NCBI GenBank assembly: GCA_951406725.2
Contig: OX597827.1
Coordinates: forward strand, 79,112,001-79,176,000
DNA length: 64,000 nt
Direction: 5' to 3'
Source of the DNA: Octopus vulgaris
Taxonomy: Eukaryota
The notes below the pieces were generated by a model that was given only the letters and a program-made list of their open reading frames with translations, ran no database searches and was not told the origin of the DNA. This document shows, in pieces, positions 44,357-57,214 of this stretch (position 1 is its first letter; each line of letters starts with the position of its first letter). Both the position numbers and the translations under genes were made by a program.

Positions 44357-45720
44357 GTGTATATATATATATATGTATGTGTATGTATATATGTGTGTGT
44401 GTGTGTGTATATATATATACACACACACACACACACATATATATATATGGTATTATTAAGCAAGGAATACTAAGAGAGCAGGAGAAAATAACCTTCTGAG
44501 TTTGAGACAATATTATAGGATCAAAAAGAATTTTTTATTTACAATGATTCTTTGTCGAAGGTTATGGCAACACTGTCCTCCTGCAGGGTAGGTAGGTTGG
44601 GGTTGGGGTTAGGGGGGTATATGAGGCGAGAATAGTATAAAAGATAGGTGTATTTAATTAAAGCAATCATTTTATTGGTTGGCAACTGATAAGACTGCAA
44701 CACTGAAAGACCAAACGTTGATCAGATTGGTTGATGTCAGTGACATCGGGATTCAATCGGACAAAATCATTGATACAACATGGATTACATTGTTATTGGG
44801 AAAAACAAAAAGTATGAATACACAAGTGTTTATAGATTAAGCGGATGTATACATATAGTTGTAGAGGTGTTTATTTGAAGATATTTCAGTTGATAAGTAC
44901 ATGCATATACACGCATTAAATTGTATGTTGTATCTGTATAGTTGTTGATGTGTGTATTTAAACATACTCAAGTTTATAAATGCACACATATACACATTCA
45001 AACACATAAATACATATAACTTGATATACAGTTATTAAATACATACATATATAACGATAGATAGACAAAGACATACATGAGAAAACATATATGCAAAAAA
45101 ATATATATATACACTCACATTATATATACATCTATAGAGACATGCAAAGACATGGGTACACAATAATAAGGTATAAAACAACTATAAGCATATATATTAT
45201 ATATACACACAGAAATACAGTGTGTATGGTTAAATGTACCTAAGTGTTTAAGTTCTGTATGTCAGCCTTGATGTCTGTCTGTGTGTCTGTACAATAATCA
45301 GAAGCTGTGGAACTGAACCAAAGGGAAGAAAAGCCAGATGTGCAGAGAAGAAAAAATAAAAGTTGTGCTCAATTTTTTTTGTTTTGCTTTTTACTTTTTG
45401 TTTAATCAAAGACACACATATAAAAACACACACACACACACACACACTACTTCTTCCTCTCTCTCACACACACACACAAACACACATACATACTGCCATT
45501 CACTCTCTTTCTCACAGACACACATGCATACGTATAAACTGAAAAAAAAAGTGATAATAATTAAAACATTTGTCTTGATATCACAGTTGAAAGGGGTAGT
45601 GAAGAATTATGAACTAGTGTGGGATCCATGTTAGAAGCAAGCCAAGGATTGAGATTAGGTAAACCAACAGTGGAGCTTATTATAAGGGCAATGTTTTATC
45701 TTGGATATTTCAGAGATTGC

Positions 45721-45804
<84 letters not shown>

Positions 45805-47296
45805 TAATAATAATTAGCACATTAATTATTTACACTGCTGTACAAATGGCATTTAGTTACATGAATGAATTGGAAAGCGTGTAACTTTTTTTGGTTCTTT
45901 TGTTCTTTGCAATATATTTTCTTTCAGGTGGAATCTGTTTTGAAAGAAACAAAACCAAATGAATGACAGTTAATGGTTTATTGGTCGCAGTGTAACTTAT
46001 TTCAGATTAAATATGGTGTGAATGTTGGGAGGAATCAGGGAAGCAATGGCAAAAATACTTCTTTGATATTAAAACGTTTTGCATGAAGACACCAAATGTA
46101 ACCCGGGGTGTAGCTGTCCTGGGTATCTATACAACATGGAAGAGGGGACAGATGCATGTACCCACTGCCCGCTGGCACTTTGAAAAGAAAAAAAAAAAAT
46201 TGAAAACAACGACCCACAACAAATAGTGAAAGATTAATAGTTTTGGGTAAGTGGTCCTGAAAGTATAAATCATTTGATAATTGGATAATTAAACCAAATT
46301 AATAAAAGAAAATTCGTAGTTACATCAACACATGTTAATTTAAATAAAAGGATAAAAATATGTTGTTTTATTAATAATGTTAAATTTTAGGTGATTTTTG
46401 AAGAAATTTAATATTTCTTTTATCTTTAGTGTTGCTGTGATCATTTATGTGGCTCAACAAGGAGTTTTGTATTTAGCACTTGGTAAGCTAAAGTGTATGT
46501 GATTTAGAATGTTCTAGTTATATTATCAATATTGAACATTACAACATATTCAGTTAGGGTCATGTGACATCAGTACATAGATTTCAATTCTCACAAATAT
46601 GATTGATTGGAAAAAAAAAAAAAAATTCAACAGTAAAAATAATGTAGTTAAAAAGAAAAAGCAAAATAAAAAAAGGTTATATATGTGTGTGTGTTTGTGT
46701 GTGTATTGGTGTGAAGAAGGGTTTGATTTCATAGAAAACTGCTAAAATGAAGAGTGTCACAGTGGAATTCTGGCTAATATCAGACATTTTCCTCATAAAA
46801 AAGAGAGACGGCTATTTACAAACAACCAAAATTGATGGAAGAATTCCACGTGTAACACTGGTGTAAACTTCTTTCACACCAAACTAATTCAGGGCAACAG
46901 AAAATGGATAAATCTCTAGAATTATAGGCACAAGGCCTGAAATTTTGGGGGAGAGGACTACTTGACTATGCTGACTCCAGTACATGACTGGTATTCATTT
47001 TATTGATCATAAAAGGTAAAAATCTCTAGAATAATAAATATATAATCTGAAAATTTTAAAGAGATTCATCAGGAGAGTAAATCAAAGGCATTCCAGTTAT
47101 GACCACCACATCTTTTTAGGGATAGGAACAGGACTACATTAGCCAATGCATCCTTACCTTATTTAAGAAGACAATAGAATGCGATTTGAGGGAAGTTTTT
47201 GGCAACAATTTCTAGCAGGCTGATTGTGTTTCATGTAGGTGTAATGTGGTAATGGTATCCAATGTTGTATTGAAGTTTTAGCATTCAATACATAAC

Positions 47297-47331
<35 letters not shown>

Positions 47332-47819
47332 GTAGAGAGAGAGAGAGAGAGAGCTATGCATTGAATGTATGTGTGTGAGATGCAAGAATTGTTTATGTTG
47401 TTACTATGTTCATCAGATGCAAATTTTCGTAATTTCTTTTGCAAAGTTTGACAGCAGAGAACAGAGAGAGAAACGCAGAAAAGTCTGTCTAAAGTGTCAG
47501 ATGTAACCAAGTTTCTCATGGGACACACAATACATCATGTGATTACTACATGGTGATGAGTTACACTAATTGTTTCAGGGAATACAGTACCATGTGATAT
47601 ACATTGGTACGATAGAACAAACACAACTATATATATATAGGAACAATGAGTAAGTAGTACTACCCCTGAGGGAGAGAGAGAGAACTCAGTACAAGTATTT
47701 GTAGAATAAAAATTTATGGGAATTGAAAGTGATTTCATCCCAGGCTGGTATCAATGCAAACACTCTTGGCCCAGGAGGAAACCACTAATCACTAAGAGGC
47801 AGAAAACTGCCAAACTCCC

Positions 47820-47869
<50 letters not shown>

Positions 47870-48091
47870 GTACACTCCTTCCACTCCATAGCTCTTTTAC
47901 TTTTGTCCATTTTTCTGTGTTCTTGTGTTTTATCCAATAAACTATGCAGGTACTTTGGGCTGTCTTTATCTGGCTTGTTGCCGCTCTCTGACAAGTTGTT
48001 GTGCGCCTGAGCAGGTGAGAAGTCCATTATATAGGTTCCTTGATTGTGTTGGGTGTTCTTTTATTGTTTCTCACCTGTGAATAAAATAAAC

Positions 48092-48285
48092 CATAATTAA
48101 CTGTGAGATATCTATAGGTAATTAAACAGCAAATATCAAACCTAACATTACTGGTTTTGTAATTAATTGTGAAAAATTAACCTCATTATTCATAATTAAC
48201 TGTAAGCTATTTATAGTTAATTAAACACATATCAAACCTAATGTTTCTATCATACAATAGTTTCTTAATTAACTGTGAAATATAA
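48092..48285. repeat. ~100-bp imperfect tandem duplication
   Basis: cataattaactgt...taattaaaca...atatcaaacctaa occurs at 48092 and 48192. Confidence 0.7.
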
Positions 48286-48869
48286 AGATTACTGTCACAC
48301 AACATCATAGTTTTGATGTCCACTTTTTCATACTTGCATGGGTCAGACAAAATTTGTACAGACAGATTTTCTATGGCTGGATGCCCTTCCTGTTGCCAAC
48401 TCTCACTTGTTACCAAGCAGTCATATTTGTCCCCCCCATGGCTAGACATGTTCCTGGTAAAGATTGGAAAAGAACATCACTTATATGATGGTGATATCAT
48501 GACAAGGGAACAAGCATGCACACACACACACACACAATGGGCTTCTTTTAGTTTCTGTCTATCAAATTCACTTACAAAGCATGAATCAGTCCAAGGTATT
48601 GCACAGCAGGACTGATCTTGAAACCACTTGGTTGGGAAGTAAAGAGCCTGCGATTAGTATTTCACTGTCCTTGGAAACAGTGTATAATCATAGGTACCTT
48701 AGTGAGACAGTCTTAACATGTTTCTTGACCTGCTAGAAATAACATCAAGCTCTCCCACAAACTATGCCTTCTTAACCACAAGGCCAGGGCAATTTTTAAT
48801 ATTTGTAAAAGGTGAAGAACCTCTGGAGGAAAGCAGAGGCAATAAAACTGGGCATGGATACATTGAAGC

Positions 48870-49295
48870 TCTGACGTCTGGCAACTGACTTGGTAAACAC
48901 CCACAAAATTATTAACCATCATGCCAACCACCACCTTGAGCACCTTTTTGAGCTCCATGTGTCTAACTCATGTGGGCATGTCTACAAAGTCAGAAAACAG
49001 CACAGCTCCCATGACTTTCGGAAACATTTTTTCACACTTAGAATTGCTGAAGCATGGAACAAACTACCTGCATCAGCTGTTAGTTGCCAAGACACTGCAT
49101 CCTTTAAAACCTCCATGCTTCCTGAAATTCACCAACACTACACCTGACATCCCCTTCTATTCACATGCACACATGTATATCATAACTTGTACACTGTTCC
49201 CTTTCCTGACATTTATACATAATTCTATGTAATATACAAGCACCTTTGATGAGTTGTTGTGCACCTGAGCACTATACACAATAATTTCATTTTTA
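48870..49295 (+). mobile_element. CR1-clade LINE 3' fragment
   Basis: CGHVYKVRKQHSSHDFRKHFFTLRIAEAWNKLPASAVSCQDTASFK matches the CR1 C-terminal RGH..K...R..FF..RV...WN.LP..VV......FK pattern. Confidence 0.8.
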
Positions 49296-50641
49296 TCATT
49301 ATTATTATTTTAAAAGTAAAATCAATCCCAGTGGTAATCAGAACATAATTAAATATCAAAAACCATCAGGTGATTAACTGGTTCTGTTAGTTAAAAATAT
49401 AATAAAAACTTTGGAATTTTGATTAGACTTGAAGGCAATTCCAGTCTCGTAGAAGAATGAAATATGTCAGATCTTTGGAAGATTTGAAGATTTTGTTTTG
49501 TCTGCAGTAACCATGTTGCTTTCATATTTTGACACAAGGCCAGCAGTTTTGGGGGAGGGGTAAGTCAATTACGTTGACCCCAGATGAAAGGCAAAGTTGA
49601 TCCTTGTAGCATTTGAACTCGGAATGGAAAGTGGATGAGATGTTGCTAAGCATGGTATCAATTCTGCCAGCTCCCCACCTCACATCTAACTCATATTCAC
49701 ACACAGAAACAGATGCTAATGATGATGATGTTAATGATGATGAGGATGATGACTTTAATAATGGCAATGACAACAAACCTGTGATATCAATTTCTTGCAG
49801 GTTCTTTTCCCCATGTTCCATCATGACATCATGATAACAAAGGGGTCTTGTAGGGTCCGTGTGTCCTTTTGGGGAATTATGGTGACACCTGTTAATTAAC
49901 AACAGAGTTACTTAAATAGACTTTACAAAAGACACATTGGAGAAGATTAATTACCTACAGCTAACGAGTTCAGACCCTGCTATTAGCATTTCCCTCAGCC
50001 TTGGAAAAAGTGTATTACTGTATTTACATTATTGAGGAAGTCGCTACATGAGTCTTGATCTGCTAAAAATAGCAGCAAGGTCTTCAGAAATTACACCTCA
50101 CTCTCTTAAAAAGAAAGAGGGACACATTGAATAGTGAAGTTGTAGAGAAGTCCTTTGACTGCTTTGGAAGAAAGATAGGATGGTCATAGATGGATTGAAT
50201 AACTTTAATTATAGGCAAGTTTGATCAGGATAGATTCTGGCACTAATTGGTTGGCTGGATAATTAATGACAGCTATAATAATTGTTCAGCAAATGTTTGA
50301 GCTTTTAGACCTAGCAAACCCTTACTGGAAGAGTAAGGAATGAAGATAAACATACAGGAATGTTTAACTCATTCATTTTGTTATTTATTTCCATCTCAAC
50401 AAAACATAGCTCCATGTAGGAGGAAGGCCTCCAGTGGGATCACAGATCCTTATTCAGTGTTTATGTGTGTGAGTGAAAGCCACTATTGGAGAGCTGGGCT
50501 GATCTGAGGTGACCCGAACTGAACTGGACTGTGTGTCTGTGTGCATGCATATGTGTGTGTGATTACAGTGAAGGCCACTGTCAGGGGACTGAACTGGACT
50601 GGGCAGAGCTGAGTTGATCCACACTGCACTGAGCCAAATTC

Positions 50642-50676
<35 letters not shown>

Positions 50677-51624
50677 CGCGCGCGCGTGTGTGTAAGTATG
50701 TATTAATGAGGCTGATATTAGAAAGCTGAATTTCATAAAGGAGATCAAAAGGGACTGGTGACATGAGATGATATGTTGCCCTGGGGAAGACCTATCCAAC
50801 CCATCCAAACACAAGGAAATACATGGTGGTGGTGGCGACAACAATGATGATGATGATGATGGGGTTCCCTGAGAGACTACACACATTTCAATAACATCAA
50901 AGAAGTTGATATATCATAAAGACAGAGTGGCCAAGTGGTTAAAGTGGTGAATTACTTAACTGTAGGTCAGTAGTTCAAATCTTTCAGAGGTGTTTTGTTG
51001 TGTATTCTGTTCAGAACACTATGTTCTGCATTCCCTCAATTTACCTGTCATTAACAGGTACCAAATCATCTACCTGTGATATAATGGGGTTCAGTTTAGT
51101 GGAAAATAGTTTTTCCATAGTTTCATACTATGAAACAACATTTGAAGGCAGAGAACTGGCAGAACTGTTAGTAAAATGCCAAGTGGCATTTCGTCCATCG
51201 TTATGCTCTGAGTTCAAATTCTGTTGAAGTTGACCTTGCCTTTGATCCTTTTGGGATGGATGAAATAAGTACCAGTTGAATACTGGGGCCAGTACAATCG
51301 ATTAGGTCCCCTCCCCAAATTTCAGGGCTTGTGCCTATGGTAGAGAGCGGTATTAAGGCAGTGAGCTGACAGAATCGTTAGCAAAATGCTGGGCAAAATA
51401 CTTCACAGCATTTTGTCCATTTTTACATTCTGAGTTCAAATTCCACTGAGGTCAACTTTGTCATTCTTCCTTTCGGGGTACATAAAATAAATACTAGCTG
51501 AGCACTCGGGTCAATGTAATCAACTAGTGCCCTCTTCTGAAAGTTCTGGCCTTGTGCCAAAATTTGAAACCAATAATATTTGCTGATTAAGGCATCTAAT
51601 CCTCATTAAAGACTACTCTAATTA

Positions 51625-52899
51625 TTGGGTTGGCAAGAAAGTAATTTTGTTTTTTTAGTGTAATATAAAAGTCATTTGTTTTCATACAATGAATGAACTT
51701 TAATCAATAATATATTTTCTATTTTGTTAGATGACCTTTTGCCAGCTTTCTGGCAACTTCATGATTCTGCACTCACAGAGCTTCTGGTCCTTATCAGCCA
51801 AAAACTGAAGCAAGTGGAATTTCATGTCATCATCATTATCGAAAGTTTTACCATTCAAAGAATTTTGCAAACTTCGAAATAAATCGTAATCTGATGGTGC
51901 AAAGTCAGGATTATATGGTAGATGTGACATCACTTCCCAACCAAGCTCCAATAACTTTCCATGAGTTAGCAAAGACACGTGTGGTCTAGCAATACCATGG
52001 TGGAACACGATTCCTTTACGATTTTGCCAATTCTGGCCGTTTTGTTTTCTTTGATTGCTTCCTCCAGTTTCATTAGCTGTTGACAGTAAACATCTGAATT
52101 AATCATATGGTTTCTTGGAAGCAGCTCAAAATACACAACTCCTTTGTAATACCACCAAATTGACAGAATGACCTTTTTTGATGCACTTCAGCTTTTGATG
52201 TGGTTTGTGCTGGTTAATTATACTTGGACCATGATCGTTTTCGATTGATGTTATTGCAGACAATCCATTTTTCATCACCAGCGATGATTTGTTTCAAGAA
52301 AAGGTCAATTTTATTGTGTTTGAGATACATATCGCAAATATTAATTTGTTGTGTTAAGTGAATCTCTTTCAATTTACGTGGAACCCAAATATTGAGCTTC
52401 TTAACGAGTCCAAGACATTTTAAGTGATTTTCAATTGTTGTGTGTGATACATTTAACCTCTCTGCAATCCCTCGCACAGTTATAAGACAACCAGATTCAG
52501 TTATGGCTTTGATTTGGTCATCATCAACTTCAGTAGGTCATCTTTGATTGAAAAATCTCCAGAAAGGAATATTTTAAGCCATTTCTGACATGTGTGTTCT
52601 GTTAAGCAATCAACACCACAAACTTCCCATATCTCATATCTCTTTGAGAGCTTCAGCAGCTTTCTTGTCTTTATGGAAATAAAAAAGCAAAATATGGCGA
52701 AAATGTTTGTTGTTGCACTCCATGTTAAAACTGACAGTGAACTAATGGCTGTGAACAAAGTTACACACAATTTGCTTCTAAACTAAGCTAAAAGTAACAG
52801 TTATTAAAAGAAAAAAAACTATCATTACATTGACAAAAGTTATTAAAAAGAATTATAAATCTGTTTGTGAAAAACAAATTTACTTTCTTGCCAACCCAA
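51625..52899 (-). mobile_element. Full-length (1275 bp) inactivated mariner (DD34D) DNA transposon
   Basis: 30-bp TIRs TTGGGTTGGCAAGAAAGTAA(T/A)TTTGTTTTT with one mismatch, flanked by TA (51623-24, 52900-01). Broken transposase motifs WVPRKL, AGDEKW, HHGIARPH, YNPDFAPSDY. Confidence 0.95.
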
Positions 52900-52914
52900 T
52901 ACATATTATACCCT

Positions 52915-53543
52915 AGCGGTTGAGGGAACCTGTGGAAGAGGTAGACCCAGGAAAACCTGGGATGAGGTGGTGAAGCACAACCTTTGAACTTTAGGTCTCA
53001 CCGAGGAAATGACTAGAGACCGAGACCTTTGGAAGTATGCTGTGTGTGAGAAGACCTGGCAGGACAAGTGAGCCATAATCCCGTGGCCTCTACCTGGGAT
53101 GTAGCCAGCCTACTTATGCATTCCTTTCCTTCTTGGGACACAAAACTCCACTTCTGAAGACCTGTTGAGGCAAGTGAAAATCAAAATCGTAATTGATCAA
53201 CATCAATGGAATTTGTAGCTGTGATACCAGTGCCGGTGACACGTAAGAGAACCAACCGAATGTGGCCGTAGCCAGTGCCACCCTGACTGGCCTCCGTGCC
53301 GGTGGCACGTAAAAAGCACCATCTGATCGTGGCTGTTTGCCAGCTTCGTCTGGCACCTGTGCCGGTGGCATGTAAAAAGCACCCACTACACTCACGGAGT
53401 GGTTGGCATTAAGAAGGGCATCCAGCTGTGGAAACACAGCCAGATCAGACTGGGCCTGGTGCAGCCTTCTGGTTTTCCAGACCCCAGTTGAACCGTCCAA
53501 CCCATGCTAGCATGGAAAGCGGACGTTAAACGATGATGATGAT
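52915..53543 (+). mobile_element. RTE-clade LINE 3' end with 3'UTR and (GAT)n tail
   Basis: GRGRPRKTWDEVVK...LGLTEEMTRDRDLWKYAVCEKT, then UTR ending aacccatgctagcatggaaagcggacgttaaac(gat)n. Confidence 0.8.
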
Positions 53544-53928
53544 CTTATTAAAGTGTGGTTGTTCCCCACCAGTCACTTAAAAAATTCCCCCCACCTTCAA
53601 GAATATGGACCTTAAACCATATTAGAAACAGCAGTGAACACTTCATTAAGACCTCAAATACCTATGCTAATTAACCTTATTTAATGAGATTAAATATAAG
53701 GACAAAACTTGCAGTGTGAGCTATACTTTGGTATATACAATGATACCATACTGTTCTAGAGTCCTTCACGGCTCTCTGTCTACAGTTTATTAAGGTGTCT
53801 CACATTTCAGAACAATCACAACTCAATTAAGGTGGTGATAATGACTATCACAGTTTGGTTTTCTGGTCCACATCTCTCCACCTCATATCACTCATTTGGG
53901 AAGGTGAATAAGCTACAGCCATATAATG

Positions 53929-54170
53929 TGTGTGTGTTAGTGGGGTTATGGGCTGTGATGAGCTATGTAGTGGAGAGGATTGCAGATGAGGTAGACGGAA
54001 GTGAAGACTGCAGGAAGCACGTGCGGGCAGAGCAGAGAGGGCAGCATGCAAGGACGTGTTTATTTCTTGATAGTGATCGCTCATCCCGCCTAGGTCAACA
54101 GGTAAGGTCTTTGTATTTCTTTTTCCTGTTTGCTTCTTTTTCTGTTGTCCCCTTCCCCCATCACACAACA
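53929..54170 (-). mobile_element. Solo LTR (242 bp)
   Basis: Starts TG and ends CA with imperfect inverted termini. Flanked by a 5-bp direct repeat TAATG (53924-28, 54171-75). AATAAA on the minus strand at 54059-64. Confidence 0.55.
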
Positions 54171-54578
54171 TAATGTATGGTGGCCATGTATCTCTTCTAA
54201 AGCAACACACCTATGCCTGACCCTCTATCATAAGTTAGTCTTTCATCATTTGGCATAAAGTCACCTCCCCCAACTCTCAAATACTCACCACCACTTAGTC
54301 GGAGGAGCTTTTTTGTTTTTCTTTTCGCCTGTTCTTTTTCTATCTTGCAAAGTTACTTGGTGACCTCACTAGTAGGGGTGCCACATAAAAAGGCACCCAA
54401 TCCACACTCTGTAAAGTAGTTGGTGTTAGGAAGGGCATTCAACAATAGAAACCACACCAAAGCTGTCCCTAGGAGCTCAGTGTAGCCCTGTCACTTGAAG
54501 GATTCTGTGAAACTATCCAACCCATGATAGCATGGAAAAACGGACAATAAGCAATGATGAAGCTGATGATATTTATAT

Positions 54579-54620
<42 letters not shown>

Positions 54621-55983
54621 TATATTCTTACCACCATTGTATAATCCATTGTTTTCATAGTAACATGTATCAACATGTATAATGTTGCAGTGTAACTGTT
54701 CATGTAGGAGTGTCCCACTCTTACTGTTTATCTAATGCTGTTAAAGTCCAATAGTGCTGTTTCAGTGGTGTTCCAGTGTCACTGTTGGTGTTGTAGTGTT
54801 TCAGTGCAACTGCCATTGCAGTTGTGTCCCATTGTAACAGCTGGTGTTCATGCATAAGTTCAAGTGAAAATATGTGTGGGAGTGATTTTGACACTTTCTC
54901 TGTGTACATGTGTGTGTCCAATAATATTTTGAAGTAAGTAAATGTGTGTGCGTGTGTGTTGTTGTTGCTGCTAGTGTGTTTATATACCTGTGTATTTTTT
55001 TTTTATTGTGGTCAATACCCATACAGCAGTTGTTAACTCTTTAGAAATAAATAAAAGTCTTAAAAATATGAGAACCCAGTTACTCAAGAGCCCTAAATAT
55101 TAAAATTATAGAAAAGAGGAGATCGTAGCCCATAGTCTGCTACAGTTTCTTGGTGAGATTAGTGTTTCTGCTCTAGGAGTAATGAACTTTCAGAACCAAA
55201 AGCTTCTTAGAGTAAGGAACACAAAACAATATTCTATATGAACATTTATCTTCTTGGTTTTATATTTTTCTATCTATTTTCAGGAATTTTCTTTTACGAA
55301 TTCTAATTATTTTTACATTTCTGAAATTGCTCTTCAAATAATTTTATATTAAACTTACCCCTAGTCAATTATGTAACCAAAATTCAATATACAGTACCTT
55401 CTGATTAAAATCATTAGTTTTAAGTAATCAGGCTAAATAGTTTTAATGTTAATGAATATCTAAATATATTTTGATGTGATGTGCAACAACAGACTTGCAA
55501 ATGTGAAAAACAAATTGGAAACTGAAGTAACATCTCTGAATGATTTGATATTTATAAACAAAACTGGAAGGATTGGTCAGGAGTTGTCTAAACCTGTGAC
55601 CCTAAATAAGGACAGGTTTGATTGCATAATTCCAGTGAGTGAAACAAACCATATGCTTTTAAGATTCTGGCAAAATGCTTAATATTGATATCAATAAGGA
55701 CTTGTTTTACCTTATCTGGTGTGGATTTTGTCGTTAATGTTAGAAGCTATTGCTTTTTTTTTTTTTTGTAATTGGTTATCCCCACCTGGCCCACTCCCCA
55801 CTACTAACAGATATATGAACTAAAGTTATTATGTACTCAATATGAATATTGATATTGAGATGTGGTATACAGATGGTGTTGAGGGGTATGAATGCTTTCT
55901 GTCCGTATGTGGCTGTACCAATGTTCAACAAGTCTTCAAGTGGGACACTGTCTGCCATACAATATGACATACACTGTCCCACA

Positions 55984-56066
55984 TTAGACTGGTTCCAGAT
56001 ATGCTTGTTGTTCTTGTTCTTGATGATTCTGTGGTGCTGGAGAAACAGTTGAGGTGAAATTGATTT
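55984..56066 (-). CDS. Protocadherin terminal coding exon 3 (predicted)
   Basis: Strong acceptor tttcttctctgattttccag|. Phase 1 matches exon 2 and gives EINFTSTVSPAPQNHQEQEQQAYLEPV*. Possible AATAAA on the minus strand at 55002-55007. Confidence 0.65.
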
Positions 56067-56146
56067 CTGGAAAATCAGAGAAGAAACATGGATCAAAGAC
56101 AGATCAATCATTTTTTTATTGAAAGTTATTTCACTTGATTGGATTA

Positions 56147-56342
56147 TTACTCTTTTACTTGTTTCAGTCATTTGACTGCGGCCAAGCTGGAGCACCGCCT
56201 TTAATTGAGCAAATCGACCCTGGGACTTATTCTTTGTAAGCCCAGTACTTATTCTATCGGTCTCTTTTGCCGAACCGCTAAGTGACGGGGACGTAAACAC
56301 ACCAGCATCGGTTGTCAAGCAAAGCTAGGGGGACAAACACAG

Positions 56343-56387
<45 letters not shown>

Positions 56388-56925
56388 TACGACGGGCTTC
56401 TTTCAGTTTCTGTCTACCAAATCCACTTACAAGGCTTTGGTCGGCCCGAGGCTATAGCAGAAGACACTTGCCCAAGATACCACGCAGCGGGACTGAACCC
56501 GGAACCATGTGGTTGGTAAGCAAGCTACTTACCACACAGCCACTCCTGTGCTTATCTTTATCTTTATGTTTTTTTAAAACTTGTTTCAGTCATCACACTA
56601 TGACCATGCTGGAGCATTGCTTTGAAGGGTTTAGTTGAAGAAATCAATCCCACTCTTTATTTATAAAATCTGGTACTTATTCTGTTGTTTTTATTTTTGC
56701 TGAATAGCTAAATCATAGGGATGTAAACAAACCAACACTAGTTGTCAAGCAGTGGGAAGAGGGGACAAAAACACACAAGTACACATTTGCAAACACAATG
56801 CTACCCACAAGGCATTGGTTGGCCCAGGGCCAAAGTAGAAGCCCAAGGTGCCACACAGTGGAACTGAACCTGAAACCATGTGGTTGCAAAGCATGCTTTT
56901 TAAGCACACAGCCACGTCTGCACCT
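56147..56925 (-). mobile_element. Two tandem SINE family A copies in the protocadherin intron upstream of exon 3
   Basis: 56147-56549 is near consensus; 56578-56925 is diverged. Confidence 0.8.
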
Positions 56926-57182
56926 GAGGATGTCAACATTTCTACAGAGAACATTTCACCCCCAGGGAACGGTCATACTGATTGTAGTAATAAGATAATG
57001 ATGGTGGTGGTGGTGGAGGGGTGACAACAAGGGCCTTGATGTTTAAAAATGGGATAAGTTTTGTAATCTAAAGATAAATACCGCAAAGTTGCACGGTCAG
57101 TGAATTAGTTGACACAGGATGGGAACATGCAATTAACAACATCTAATATAATAACAAGTGTAGTGTTTTTAACATACTTGTG

Positions 57183-57214
<32 letters not shown>

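Noticed and set aside
50490-50640. (ACTGR/GCTGR)n pentamers reminiscent of Ig switch repeats
   Set aside because: Short degenerate pentanucleotide microsatellite with no supporting context.
50921-50992. tRNA-like sequence with A/B boxes (also 35670-35737)
   Set aside because: The acceptor and anticodon stems do not pair; these are decayed SINE heads or tRNA pseudogenes.
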